In this document: piece by piece, positions 1 through 8,888 of the stretch
How positions within the stretch are numbered: position 1 is the first letter of the stretch
Layout: every line of letters starts with the position of its first letter
From: a virus
Taxonomy: Duplodnaviria > Caudoviricetes
Length of the DNA stretch: 64,000 bases
Virus record (IMG/VR): IMGVR_UViG_2974529611_000001
Span: 3,486 to 67,485 of that record
Direction: 5' to 3' (one strand)
The notes under the pieces: model-generated
Database searches by the model: none
What the model was told of the DNA's origin: nothing
Seen by the model: only the letters and a program-made list of their open reading frames with translations
Translations under genes and position numbers: made by a program

Positions 1-2
1 GG

Positions 3-1319
3 TCCATTCCTGAATCAGCGTTCACTGGCTCACAGCTCACGCAGCTGAATGTTGACTCCAACTTCTTGCTTGGGCAATCAAGTGGCCCAAGGGTGAAGCC
101 TTTCAAGGCTGATTCCATCAATGGACCAGATGCTTACCTCAAGGCCATGCAGGATACGCTGGCCGCGTCGGAGGCCATCCAGGCCGCCATTCCTGGGCGG
201 CTCTCGGCATCTACTCTTGATGATGCTTATGGTCTTAGACCAGAGGCTGTTTTTGATGCTTCCGACAAGGCCAATGGTTCGCTACCGTCTGTCGCAGACA
301 CTGGCCAGTCGATGACGGTGTTTGGTAATTCGCCGTTTTCCATCTCGAATGGCAAGATGGTTCATACCCCTTCCGTTGCTAACAACAATGCCGCATATGC
401 CCAGATTGAGCTTCCGACGAATGTCGAGGAGGTTGTCGTCGATGCAGAGTTTCCATCTAATTCAACTGGCGCCATAGCCATTGTTGTTCCATCTGACGCA
501 TGGGCTAATGGTAGCTTAAGTGCTGCGGGAGTTCATTTCGTTTTGTATGGCAATGGCAACTGGAACATGGGGTATTGGACTGGCTCCGGGGTAACGGGAA
601 CAAAGGTCGGTCGTGTTGGAGACATGAAAGATGGAAAACCAAAACAGATCACCCTCAGAATTGATCGGGCAAACTCAACTGTTTACATCATGGCCCCCAC
701 TGGCGAGGTGATCATCTACACTGCCGCCACTGTGCCTTCTCAATCTTCCAGATGGGCAATTGTGGAGCTTTATGAAGGCGTTCAGGCTGATGTCCCTGCG
801 AAGATTCTTCGTTTCTCAGCGCGGTCTTCTCTTCCTAACAGGTTTTTTGTTTCGACGGGTGATCTAGCCCAACGTTTGGGGCGGGGCCTTTATTTGGCAA
901 CATCTACGGTTGCTGAACTGACTTCGGAAACAGCCAACGGCGTTGACATAATTGATTCTTACAACTCGACAATCAGAGCCACTGTTGACCGTCCGCCAAG
1001 CGGACGGGTAGCGGTCCGGCTTGAGGCTCACCTTAACATCACAAGCGCCACGAGGGTGTTCTTCCGCTGTGGCCAAGACATTGTTGGTGGATCATCGGCT
1101 GGCGTAGATGGAAGTACGGAAGAGCTTGAGGCGTATGTCTCCACAGCAATTAATGGCCGAAGGTCAGCGATGGGAATTGTTAATATTCCCAATGGTGTGG
1201 GTCGTTGCGACATTGTGGGAAGCATCAGTCGTTATGGTGGGTCAGTTGGTTCAGCGAAGTACATGTTGGAAAATGCCACTGGACGAAAAGTCAGAATGAT
1301 CGTTACCCCGATCAATTAA
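3..1319 (+). CDS. Fibre/spike-like structural protein, 5'-truncated; putative beta-sandwich (lectin-like) C-terminal region
   Basis: The frame is open from position 3 (SIPESAFTGSQLTQLNVDSNFLLGQ) and matches the N-terminus of the next gene, so the true start lies upstream of the window. Shares an IPGRLS motif with 1359..2975. Beta-rich, with A/T-richer codons. Confidence 0.6.
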   Translation, partial: SIPESAFTGSQLTQLNVDSNFLLGQSSGPRVKPFKADSINGPDAYLKAMQDTLAASEAIQAAIPGRLSASTLDDAYGLRPEAVFDASDKANGSLPSVADTGQSMTVFGNSPFSISNGKMVHTPSVANNNAAYAQIELPTNVEEVVVDAEFPSNSTGAIAIVVPSDAWANGSLSAAGVHFVLYGNGNWNMGYWTGSGVTGTKVGRVGDMKDGKPKQITLRIDRANSTVYIMAPTGEVIIYTAATVPSQSSRWAIVELYEGVQADVPAKILRFSARSSLPNRFFVSTGDLAQRLGRGLYLATSTVAELTSETANGVDIIDSYNSTIRATVDRPPSGRVAVRLEAHLNITSATRVFFRCGQDIVGGSSAGVDGSTEELEAYVSTAINGRRSAMGIVNIPNGVGRCDIVGSISRYGGSVGSAKYMLENATGRKVRMIVTPIN

Positions 1320-1358
1320 ACGGAAGCCCAGGAGACTCCTGAAGAGAAAGAGTAGGCA

Positions 1359-2975
1359 ATGGCCAACGTCTGGTATATCGGAGACGCCCAGGAGCGCACC
1401 GTCACCTTTAGCGGATCCACGTTCTCCTGGAATATCTGGAATGGGTGGAGCATTCCGGAGTCCGCATTCAACGCTGGCCAGTTGGCCGAGCTGGATGCAG
1501 ACCCGGGTTTCTTATTGGGGCAAACTGGCCAACGGGTAAATCCCCCGTGGACCCCAGATGGGGTAGTTGGGCGCGATGCGGCCATCCTCGCCAAAATGCT
1601 TGATATTTACAATGAGATTCCTGGGCGCCTGAGTGAAGCCTCGATGAAGGCAGCTTTCCCTCGGGTGATCAAACGTCCAGATTGGATGCCGTGGGATTAC
1701 GGATTTACGATTCTGTTTGATGGCACCAGGTTCTTCACGAATTACGACGTGTCGGTGAAGAAGAATCGCACCACTCAGATCGTGTATGTCCATACCGTTC
1801 AGGGTGACAACACGACCGGCAACGGAACTCCGCTCAAGCCCTACAGGTCAATCAATCGTGGTGTAACAGCGGTGTCAGACGGTGGCACCGTCATTGTCAT
1901 GAATGGAGACCCGATCTATCGGGCGACCAACATCGACACAACTGCGGATTGCACCAAGTCGGTCAACATCATCTTCGCTGATCCTGAGACTAAGGTGGTC
2001 GCAGCTGACGCGCTCACGTACACGCTTTCATCAGGGCAAACCAACGTCTATGAGGCAGCTCGTACCAACGTCCTCAAGGTGATCGACACCTCGGTCGACC
2101 CGGAAGGCGTTGAGTACGCGAGGGTCGCCGACATCGCCACATGCGAGGCGACTGATGGAAGTTGGTTCCAGGCCGCAAATGGTACCGGACCCCTGTACGT
2201 GAATCCGATTGGCAGCGGCGCACCGGCTGCCGGAAAGGTGTTCGCCCTTCTTCAGGACGCCTGTCTGCGATTCGCGACCACAGGACGTTCATCGGCGATG
2301 AATGTGTACATCGAGGGTGGCCGTTTCTTCGGTGGAACGATCGGAGTCCTCAATGCCTACTCGATCAACGCCCACAAGCTGACGATCACCACGAAGAACT
2401 CCAAGTTCTTGCATGGAGGATATGGAAACGTGGGGGTCTCATCGCCGTCGGGACTCTACAATGGCCTGGTAATCCTAGGGAATGTGGAGTACTGGGGCCA
2501 AAAGACCGTAGTTGCCCATTCTGGACTCGACGGATTTAACTACCACGCCCAGGGTGGATACATCCCCAAGTTCGTGGAAATTGACTGCGAGGCTCACGAC
2601 TGCGGAACCGGACCAATCTCGGTCGCCGCAGGGGTTGGCAATACCCAAAATGGTAGCACAGCTCATGACGGAATCGTTGGCGTTCGGGTAGGCGGAAAGT
2701 ATTGGAAGACTTTTGGTGCTCCGCTTGCCGACGTCCAAGAAGGAACGGTCACGCTGAACTTCTCGTGTGAATCAGGGTACTCAACCGACCCAGGTGGAAA
2801 CAATGCTTCATTCTGTGCGCAGCAAGCTGGTGCAATCATGGGCGTATTTGGATGTGTGGCATGGGGGACAACGTGGCATCTGTATGCCGTAACGGGTGCC
2901 ACGATCTACTACGATTCGTTGACCAAGTTCTCAACCGTCCAAGGCGGGGGAACAAGGCAGTTGGTTGAGCTGTAG
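1359..2975 (+). CDS. Fibre/tailspike-like protein with putative right-handed beta-helix (pectin-lyase-like) domain
   Basis: 538-aa ORF with an AGTAGG RBS. The motif VYVHTVQGDNTTGNGTPLKPYRSI is typical of beta-helix N-caps, followed by a Gly/Asn-rich beta-repeat region. Confidence 0.6.
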   Translation: MANVWYIGDAQERTVTFSGSTFSWNIWNGWSIPESAFNAGQLAELDADPGFLLGQTGQRVNPPWTPDGVVGRDAAILAKMLDIYNEIPGRLSEASMKAAFPRVIKRPDWMPWDYGFTILFDGTRFFTNYDVSVKKNRTTQIVYVHTVQGDNTTGNGTPLKPYRSINRGVTAVSDGGTVIVMNGDPIYRATNIDTTADCTKSVNIIFADPETKVVAADALTYTLSSGQTNVYEAARTNVLKVIDTSVDPEGVEYARVADIATCEATDGSWFQAANGTGPLYVNPIGSGAPAAGKVFALLQDACLRFATTGRSSAMNVYIEGGRFFGGTIGVLNAYSINAHKLTITTKNSKFLHGGYGNVGVSSPSGLYNGLVILGNVEYWGQKTVVAHSGLDGFNYHAQGGYIPKFVEIDCEAHDCGTGPISVAAGVGNTQNGSTAHDGIVGVRVGGKYWKTFGAPLADVQEGTVTLNFSCESGYSTDPGGNNASFCAQQAGAIMGVFGCVAWGTTWHLYAVTGATIYYDSLTKFSTVQGGGTRQLVEL

Positions 2976-3007
2976 GCCACATGCTGAATGAGTCTGACGC
3001 GGCACGC

Positions 3008-3013
3008 TATAAT
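3008..3013 (+). promoter_or_regulatory. Consensus -10 hexamer (TATAAT) upstream of the basic-protein cluster
   Basis: Perfect TATAAT in the 2976-3107 intergenic gap; the -35 region is weak. Confidence 0.5.
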
Positions 3014-3107
3014 CGAGGCAGACGACCGGCCCGCCCCATGAAAGGCGTGGCATCGAGTCGGGTAGCCCGGAGGGCGATCACAGGCCGACGCAAGCGAAAG
3101 TGATCTG

Positions 3108-3410
3108 ATGCCAGACTACGGTTCGACACCCAAGGTGCCGAAGCGTCGTCAACGGCCCAAGATGCGACAGCAGCGTCGAGACTACAAACGGAAGCGTGAC
3201 CGTGAAGGTCGCTTCGCTTCCACAGATCGTTCAGTGTCGTCTCGCCGGTATATCAGGGAACTTCGCCGAAAGTCCAAGAACCCCCGCCGTACCCGTAATA
3301 CGTCCAAGAACATCTACAACGAACGTGGCGGACTCAAGTCCGCAAGTGCCAAAAGAGCGGGGAAGCGCCGAGGTACTGCTAGGAATAATTCCAAGCGAAC
3401 TCGGAGGTAG
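3108..3410 (+). CDS. Highly basic (Arg/Lys-rich) protein 1
   Basis: 100 aa, roughly 35-40% K+R, with an RDREGRFA motif. First gene after the TATAAT promoter. Confidence 0.75.
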   Translation: MPDYGSTPKVPKRRQRPKMRQQRRDYKRKRDREGRFASTDRSVSSRRYIRELRRKSKNPRRTRNTSKNIYNERGGLKSASAKRAGKRRGTARNNSKRTRR

Positions 3411-3412
3411 AA

Positions 3413-4066
3413 GTGGCCAAGCGGAAGCGCAAGGCGGTACGGAAGACGCTGAAGTCTGCATCTGCCCGTGGCCGGATTCCTCGCGACAAGAATGGCAAGT
3501 TCGTCAATGCCTCGGGACGTAACAAGTCCAAGGGTGCCAACGTTCAGAACCTGAAGCGCGGTGGGGGAGGCGGTGGTCGCCGTAAGGCCAGCTCTTCGAG
3601 CCGGACTGCATCCAACCGACCAGCGGCCCGCAAGACTGCATCCAATAAGCCGCCGATCACCGGGCAGCCGAAGAAGTCCAGCAGCAAGGCTGGCAAGCCG
3701 CAGACCGGCAAGACGGTCAACAAGCGCAAGCCAATGTCCAGGAAGAAGCGGGCAGCTATTGGCGCAGCAATTGGAGCTGGCACATATATTGCAGCGACCG
3801 GCGCATTCCATGCGGCGGGGAAGATCGGTGAGCACCGGGCCAGGAAGGCCCAGGCCGAGTACTACCGTCGCGAAGACCAGAGAGTCGGGGGATACGCAGC
3901 GGCTCGGAACTACGCCAAGATGGCCTACAATGGACACTCGGTGAAGGCAGGACAGTGGTATCGCCCGACTGAATCGAAGTACACCAAGCCCAAGACGAAG
4001 CGATCTTCCCAGCGGGCGTTGGGCTCGGGTACGCGGGCGTTGGCGGGCACGAGAGCGAGGCGATAA
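3413..4066 (+). CDS. Highly basic protein 2 with a Gly/Ala hydrophobic segment
   Basis: GGAGG RBS and GTG start. RDKNGKFV motif and AAIGAAIGAGTYIAATGAF segment. TAATG-coupled to the next gene. Confidence 0.8.
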   Translation: MAKRKRKAVRKTLKSASARGRIPRDKNGKFVNASGRNKSKGANVQNLKRGGGGGGRRKASSSSRTASNRPAARKTASNKPPITGQPKKSSSKAGKPQTGKTVNKRKPMSRKKRAAIGAAIGAGTYIAATGAFHAAGKIGEHRARKAQAEYYRREDQRVGGYAAARNYAKMAYNGHSVKAGQWYRPTESKYTKPKTKRSSQRALGSGTRALAGTRARR

Positions 4067-5181
4067 TGGCCAAGAAGCGGTACAAGAAGTACCGTCGCCG
4101 TGTTGGTGGCAATCGTGCCTGGGGCAACGCGCTTGGCGGATACCGGACCCAAGCCCGAGTCGATGGACAGTTTGCCTCTGGCAAGGGTGGCAATCGAAAG
4201 TCCGCGTCGGCACGCCGCGCTGAGGGGTACCGCAAGAAGCAGGCCAAGGATCGCAAGCGTCGCAATCGTCGGAATGCCACGGTTGGCGCTGCGGTCGGCG
4301 CCACCATCGTAGTCGGTGCCGGAGCTTACGCTGTCCACAAGAGTCGGCAGTCGAAGGCATCGGCCACCAACGGTGTCCAGATGAAGACCTTCCGCAGTGT
4401 CCAGCGTCGGCCCAAGAAGATCGTTCCGGTCAGCGTTCCCAAGCCTGTGCCTACGGTCGGGAAGACGTCGACGGGGCGAAAGGACTTGCCCAAGAGGCCA
4501 GTCCCGCCGAAGAGCATCGTTGAGCAGGCTCGTGATATCCAGGGGCAGCGTGCGGCATCGAACGAGCGCATGGGAACGTTCAAGTACCGGGGCAACAAGG
4601 GCGAATGGCGCGACCCCAACAACAAGAACAAGCAGCACGGCACCCTGAAGCCGGGGTCGCAGACGAACGGGTCTCAGGACATATTCACCGGCGTCATGCC
4701 TCGGTCAACTGGGCGCTTGAGGGCCCCAGATGCCAACGCACTGAACGCTGCCATGGAGGACTTCGCCAAGTCCCAGGGTGTCCAGCTCGGCGTGACTGCT
4801 CGGAAGACGGTTCGGCGTACTCCGAAGATGACTAAGGGCCAGTTGGCTGGTGCCCTGCGGAAGGATCGCGCTCGGCACTCTCAGCGCGCCCTCAACAATG
4901 GTCGTGCCCTTTGGCACGGCGTCCAGACCGGACAGATCAAGACGGTGCCTGGTACCGGATCAATCAAGGGGATGGCTGGTAAGAAGGCGTTGGCCAATGG
5001 CCAGGACCTCTTCTACCATGGGCCAGGTAGCCACAGTCGAATTGGCATGTCGGGTAGCCACGCGGCAAACCGTGCAATCCAAAACGGTGAGAAGATGTTT
5101 GATGCCCTCTACTACGTTCGGGGCAAGAAACAGTACGCATACCTGGCCGCTAAGAAGAGGAAGAACCCCAAGAAGTATTAA
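4066..5181 (+). CDS. Highly basic protein 3 with a hydrophobic segment
   Basis: GGNRAWGNALGG-x-R-x-Q-x-R-VDGQFA motif shared with 5442..6314, plus ATVGAAVGATIVVGAGAYAV. Confidence 0.8.
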   Translation: MAKKRYKKYRRRVGGNRAWGNALGGYRTQARVDGQFASGKGGNRKSASARRAEGYRKKQAKDRKRRNRRNATVGAAVGATIVVGAGAYAVHKSRQSKASATNGVQMKTFRSVQRRPKKIVPVSVPKPVPTVGKTSTGRKDLPKRPVPPKSIVEQARDIQGQRAASNERMGTFKYRGNKGEWRDPNNKNKQHGTLKPGSQTNGSQDIFTGVMPRSTGRLRAPDANALNAAMEDFAKSQGVQLGVTARKTVRRTPKMTKGQLAGALRKDRARHSQRALNNGRALWHGVQTGQIKTVPGTGSIKGMAGKKALANGQDLFYHGPGSHSRIGMSGSHAANRAIQNGEKMFDALYYVRGKKQYAYLAAKKRKNPKKY

Positions 5182-5184
5182 GGA

Positions 5185-5442
5185 GTGATGGCAATGGCAG
5201 TCAGCCGCATGCCGCCACAGCTTCAAAAGAGCTACCTCACTGGCAAGGTCGCGAAGCGAATCAGGTGGGGAACGCCAGGCGACTATCGTAGATGCCGGAG
5301 GCAGGCTCTCAAGCATGGGATGACTCCGCATCAAGCAGCAGGAGTATGTCAGACGCTACACAAGAAGGCCACTGGTATGTACACTGGTGATCGTCGTCAC
5401 CTTGGCAAGAAGGCCAAGAGAGGCAGAAAGAAGAGGCGATAA
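5185..5442 (+). CDS. Small basic head-associated protein (RWGTPGD..RC..C..LH..ATG type)
   Basis: AAGGAG RBS. The motif IRWGTPGDYRRC...GVCQTLHKKATG resembles one I recall from actinophage head-morphogenesis proteins (unverified). Confidence 0.7.
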   Translation: MMAMAVSRMPPQLQKSYLTGKVAKRIRWGTPGDYRRCRRQALKHGMTPHQAAGVCQTLHKKATGMYTGDRRHLGKKAKRGRKKRR

Positions 5443-6314
5443 TGGCCATCCGGCGTATCAGCGTCCCGAAGATTGGCGGAGGGCGCGCTTGGGGCAATGC
5501 CCTTGGTGGCTTCCGATTCCAGCATCGGAACCGTCTCGGTGAGTTCGCACTGTCTGGGCAGAAGACGAACCGGGAACGGTACCTGGACGCCATCGCCAAG
5601 TCCCGTCGCCGGGGCAAGGTGGCCGCTGCCCGCAAGATCAAGAACCCGAATGCCACGACTCCTCACGGCAAGGCCGCGATGAAGTCGGCGGCGGCGCGGG
5701 CAACGAACGGAACCAAGATCAAGGCGGGCATTGGCATTGCCGGTGGCACCGTAGCGGCCATCGGAATCATCCGGACCGTCTCTGGTCTGTCGCCGTTCTT
5801 TGACATCAGCCGAAAGAACTTCCGTATTGGCGTCAAGCCGTCGGTTGATCTGGGGCGCAACTTCAAGTTGAGCACCGTTCACTCCATCGGTATCGAGCGG
5901 ACTGGCGATGACCTCTTCGACAAGGCCATCAAGCGTGGTCAGGAGGGCGTCTCGATTGGTACTCGCCGAGCCTTTGGCAATGGATCTCGGGGAGACTTGG
6001 CAGTTGGCATCGCCGATAACATCACTGGTCGTCAGACGCAGCTGAAGGTCGCTGGTGTCAAGCTCACCCAGGAAGGCGGCGGTGCCGGATCGGCACGACG
6101 TTGGCGCTACAGCGGTGGCAACAGCAGCGGCAAGGCTGCGGTACCAGGAGCGCCCGCCTCTGCGAAGAATGCCAAGAGTAAGCGCAAGCCTGGCAAGGGT
6201 GCCCACACCGTGACCACCACTGCCAAGGGCAAGCCTGCCGTTCGGGGCCAGCGCCGCAAGAAGAAGGCAAAGGCCGCCAGCCAGAAGCGCCGGGGTCGAA
6301 GCTACACCAAGTGA
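5442..6314 (+). CDS. Highly basic protein 4, paralogous N-terminus with 4066..5181
   Basis: GGGRAWGNALGGFRFQHRNRLGEFA motif, hydrophobic AGIGIAGGTVAAIGII segment, TAATG coupling. Confidence 0.8.
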   Translation: MAIRRISVPKIGGGRAWGNALGGFRFQHRNRLGEFALSGQKTNRERYLDAIAKSRRRGKVAAARKIKNPNATTPHGKAAMKSAAARATNGTKIKAGIGIAGGTVAAIGIIRTVSGLSPFFDISRKNFRIGVKPSVDLGRNFKLSTVHSIGIERTGDDLFDKAIKRGQEGVSIGTRRAFGNGSRGDLAVGIADNITGRQTQLKVAGVKLTQEGGGAGSARRWRYSGGNSSGKAAVPGAPASAKNAKSKRKPGKGAHTVTTTAKGKPAVRGQRRKKKAKAASQKRRGRSYTK

Positions 6315-6355
6315 TCCAGCAGGTATACTAGGTGAGAACCTAGTAGGAGGATACC

Positions 6356-6805
6356 ATGGAGTACATGCCTGCTGATCTGGCCAAGACGCTATCTGCGATG
6401 GCCAGGGGCACCCACAACGAGATTTGTGGATTCATCTTGGATGACTGGACGTTAATCTCTGTCCGGAATGTCGCCCAGTTGCCAACCATAAGCTTTGAGA
6501 TGAGCATGAATGCCATCCTCGGAGCTGTGGAGATGGCCGCAGCATCTGGCCGGGAGATTCTGGGCACCTACCACAGCCACCCTGGCGGATCAACCGAGCC
6601 CAGCGAAACCGACCTTCATGGCTGGCCTCGATTCATTGATGGATCATACGCTCGGTACTGGGTTGTAACTGGCGATACCGTTCGGGAGTTCGAGCGCACC
6701 GGGGAAGGATCAGAGATTGGCTTCCAGCTCATTCATTCTATCGGAATCGGGGTCGTCGTCAAAAGACCCGAAGAAGGTATGGATCAATCGGTACCTGAGG
6801 ATTGA
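6356..6805 (+). CDS. JAB/MPN (JAMM) Zn-metalloprotease
   Basis: Complete JAMM signature: E22 ... HSH-PGGSTEP-S-ET-D (ExnHxHx7Sx2D). AGGAGG RBS. Confidence 0.85.
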   Translation: MEYMPADLAKTLSAMARGTHNEICGFILDDWTLISVRNVAQLPTISFEMSMNAILGAVEMAAASGREILGTYHSHPGGSTEPSETDLHGWPRFIDGSYARYWVVTGDTVREFERTGEGSEIGFQLIHSIGIGVVVKRPEEGMDQSVPED

Positions 6806-7664
6806 TCGTGAGTTCAACAAGGAACTCAATGAAGCACTTGTTCAAGCTGCCGAAGATGTTGAGCGGGAAGTTGCTGAGCTCTTCGCCAAAGCTGGCGTGG
6901 GAGCCACTGTCCGCCGCGCTCAGCTCACAGGAGCTTCAGGAGTTATCACAAAAGTCCTCCATGCTCTATTTCTTTCCTCGGGAACACTCATTGGAACGTA
7001 CCGAGCGAAAGCCGCGACCGAATCCGTCAAGGCCGCCAATGTCTGGGATGATGAGGTACTCAAAGCCCTCATACCGGACCCGGCGAAGCGAAAGGTCTTC
7101 AAGTCCAGTCTTGAGCTTACCGCATCACGCAATGTGGAGGCCATGGTCAAGCGAGTCACCGGTGACACGGTCACTCTGAGCCGGAGGGTATACCGAAGTG
7201 AAGCGTTGGCTCGTGGGCAGATTGACCGTGTCATCAACTCCAGCTTGGCTAAAGGCGACAGTGCTGCTGAGCTCGCACGCAAGGCGAGAGCCTTTATCCA
7301 CCCTTCTACTCCTGGTGGAGCTTCTTACGCTGCTAAGCGCCTTGGTCGTACTGAGATCAATAATGCGTTTCATGCCCAGGCAATCGCCACCAATCAGAAC
7401 CGACCTTGGGTTAGCCAAATCAGGTGGCACCTCAGCGGTAGCCACACACCACGACCTGGTGATCCATGTGAACGGTACCACCGACAGGGAGTATTCCCTG
7501 TGGGATCAACTCCAAAGAAGCCACACCCACAGTGCCTCTGTTACATCACTCCAGAAGTACCGCCAATCGAGGTGATCCTCCAGCAGTACGAGTCGGGGAT
7601 ATATGACCAATGGTTGGCAGATAACAAGCTCGAACGTGACAGTAGGGTATTATCACCTGCGTAA
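6717..7664 (+). CDS. MuF-like minor head morphogenesis protein (start uncertain)
   Basis: AKRLGRTEINNAFH, WHLSGSH...PC and PHPQCLCY are typical MuF C-terminal motifs. Lies just before the scaffold. Confidence 0.8.
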   Translation: MASSSFILSESGSSSKDPKKVWINRYLRIDREFNKELNEALVQAAEDVEREVAELFAKAGVGATVRRAQLTGASGVITKVLHALFLSSGTLIGTYRAKAATESVKAANVWDDEVLKALIPDPAKRKVFKSSLELTASRNVEAMVKRVTGDTVTLSRRVYRSEALARGQIDRVINSSLAKGDSAAELARKARAFIHPSTPGGASYAAKRLGRTEINNAFHAQAIATNQNRPWVSQIRWHLSGSHTPRPGDPCERYHRQGVFPVGSTPKKPHPQCLCYITPEVPPIEVILQQYESGIYDQWLADNKLERDSRVLSPA

Positions 7665-7689
7665 AGGGATCAACGAACCGGAGGTTCAC

Positions 7690-8478
7690 ATGTACGGCTT
7701 GAAGCCACTGAAGGCGCTCTCGGAAGCCACTGCCATTCCATTCTGGTCGCTCAGCATCTACGGTGCTGAGGGCGAAGATGGTGGCGACGGTGGCGACAGC
7801 CAGGGCGGCGGCGATGACGACGGCGGCGACGACGATGGTGGTGACGATGAAGGCGGCGACGACAAGACCGACTTCTCGGCCATCAGCGACCCCAAGGAGC
7901 GCCGCATCGCCGAGCTGAGCGACGAGGCTGCCAAGGCCCGCATCGCCAAGCGGGAGATGAAGAAGCAGCACACCGCTGAGCTCAATGATCTCAACAAGCG
8001 GATCAAGGACCTGGAGAAGGCTGCCAAGGGCGGCGAGGGTGGCCCCGAGATCACCGACGAGATTCGGGCCGAGATCGAGCAGCCCTACGTTGAGAAGATC
8101 GGCCATCTGGAGAAGTTCGCCTACCGGCAGGCCATCGAGAATGCCATCCTCAAGGAGTCCGTGGCGGACGGGGCCGCTCGCCGGGTTTGGTTCGACACCT
8201 CCGACGTGATCGCCAATCTCGACATGGATGCAATCGACTTCGACCTCGAATCAGGTAGTATCGACGGTATCGCGGACGAGCTGAACCGCATCGCCTCAGC
8301 CAAGCCCCATCTCGTGAAGGAGAAGGGCAAGGTCAAGAAGAAGGAAGATGATGGCCAGCAGAGCCGTAGGGGAGCTTCTGGGAGACAACCTGGCGGTGCC
8401 GGGGCCCAAATCCATGGTATGGATAAGTCACGAAGAGATGAACTGGGCGCCAAGTACCCGGTTCTGAATCGCCGCTAG
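7690..8478 (+). CDS. Capsid scaffolding protein
   Basis: GGAGG RBS before ATG 7690. Acidic Gly/Asp linker and coiled coil, directly upstream of the capsid genes. Confidence 0.75.
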   Translation: MYGLKPLKALSEATAIPFWSLSIYGAEGEDGGDGGDSQGGGDDDGGDDDGGDDEGGDDKTDFSAISDPKERRIAELSDEAAKARIAKREMKKQHTAELNDLNKRIKDLEKAAKGGEGGPEITDEIRAEIEQPYVEKIGHLEKFAYRQAIENAILKESVADGAARRVWFDTSDVIANLDMDAIDFDLESGSIDGIADELNRIASAKPHLVKEKGKVKKKEDDGQQSRRGASGRQPGGAGAQIHGMDKSRRDELGAKYPVLNRR

Positions 8479-8498
8479 TCCAAGAAAGGTAGTAGACT

Positions 8499-8888
8499 GT
8501 GAGCGCAGACTACGACAAGTACGAGCCGTACTCCAACGGCTTTCGTGCGATCCTCAACGCTGACTTCACGGATGACACCAAGTTCGGTGTCCCCCTGGGT
8601 GTTGGCCTGAACGCCAACGGTCTCCTCGTCATCGGTGCCGGTCAGACCGGCATCGTGGGCGTGATGATTCTCGGCAAGAAGAAGAAGGCTGGCGCCGCAG
8701 TCGACACCATGACGTCCGGTGAGATCACCGGCTTCGCGGGCGCTGCTGGCACCAAGTACTTCGCCGATGCATCCACCGGAGAGATCAGCGCCACCGATGG
8801 CGCGGGCAAGACGTTCGTCGGATTCACCGCCGAGGCTGACCGTCTGATCGTTCGCACCGGCTCCAACTACAAGACCCCCACGGTCTGA
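8499..8888 (+). CDS. Capsid decoration/cement protein
   Basis: 129 aa, Gly/Ala-rich beta protein between scaffold and major capsid, strong codon bias. Confidence 0.7.
   Translation: MSADYDKYEPYSNGFRAILNADFTDDTKFGVPLGVGLNANGLLVIGAGQTGIVGVMILGKKKKAGAAVDTMTSGEITGFAGAAGTKYFADASTGEISATDGAGKTFVGFTAEADRLIVRTGSNYKTPTV

Noticed and set aside
3108-6314. Basic ORFs as GC-frame artefacts
   Set aside because: They have RBSs, TAATG coupling, Lys (AAG)-rich content that is atypical of shadow frames, and a motif conserved through synonymous changes.
6717-7664. MuF-fused polymorphic toxin
   Set aside because: The protein ends about 35 aa after the HPQCLC motif, leaving no room for a toxin domain.
7780-7865. 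GGCGACGAC-type repeats as a DNA repeat element
   Set aside because: They encode the Gly/Asp linker of the scaffolding protein and are explained by protein low complexity.
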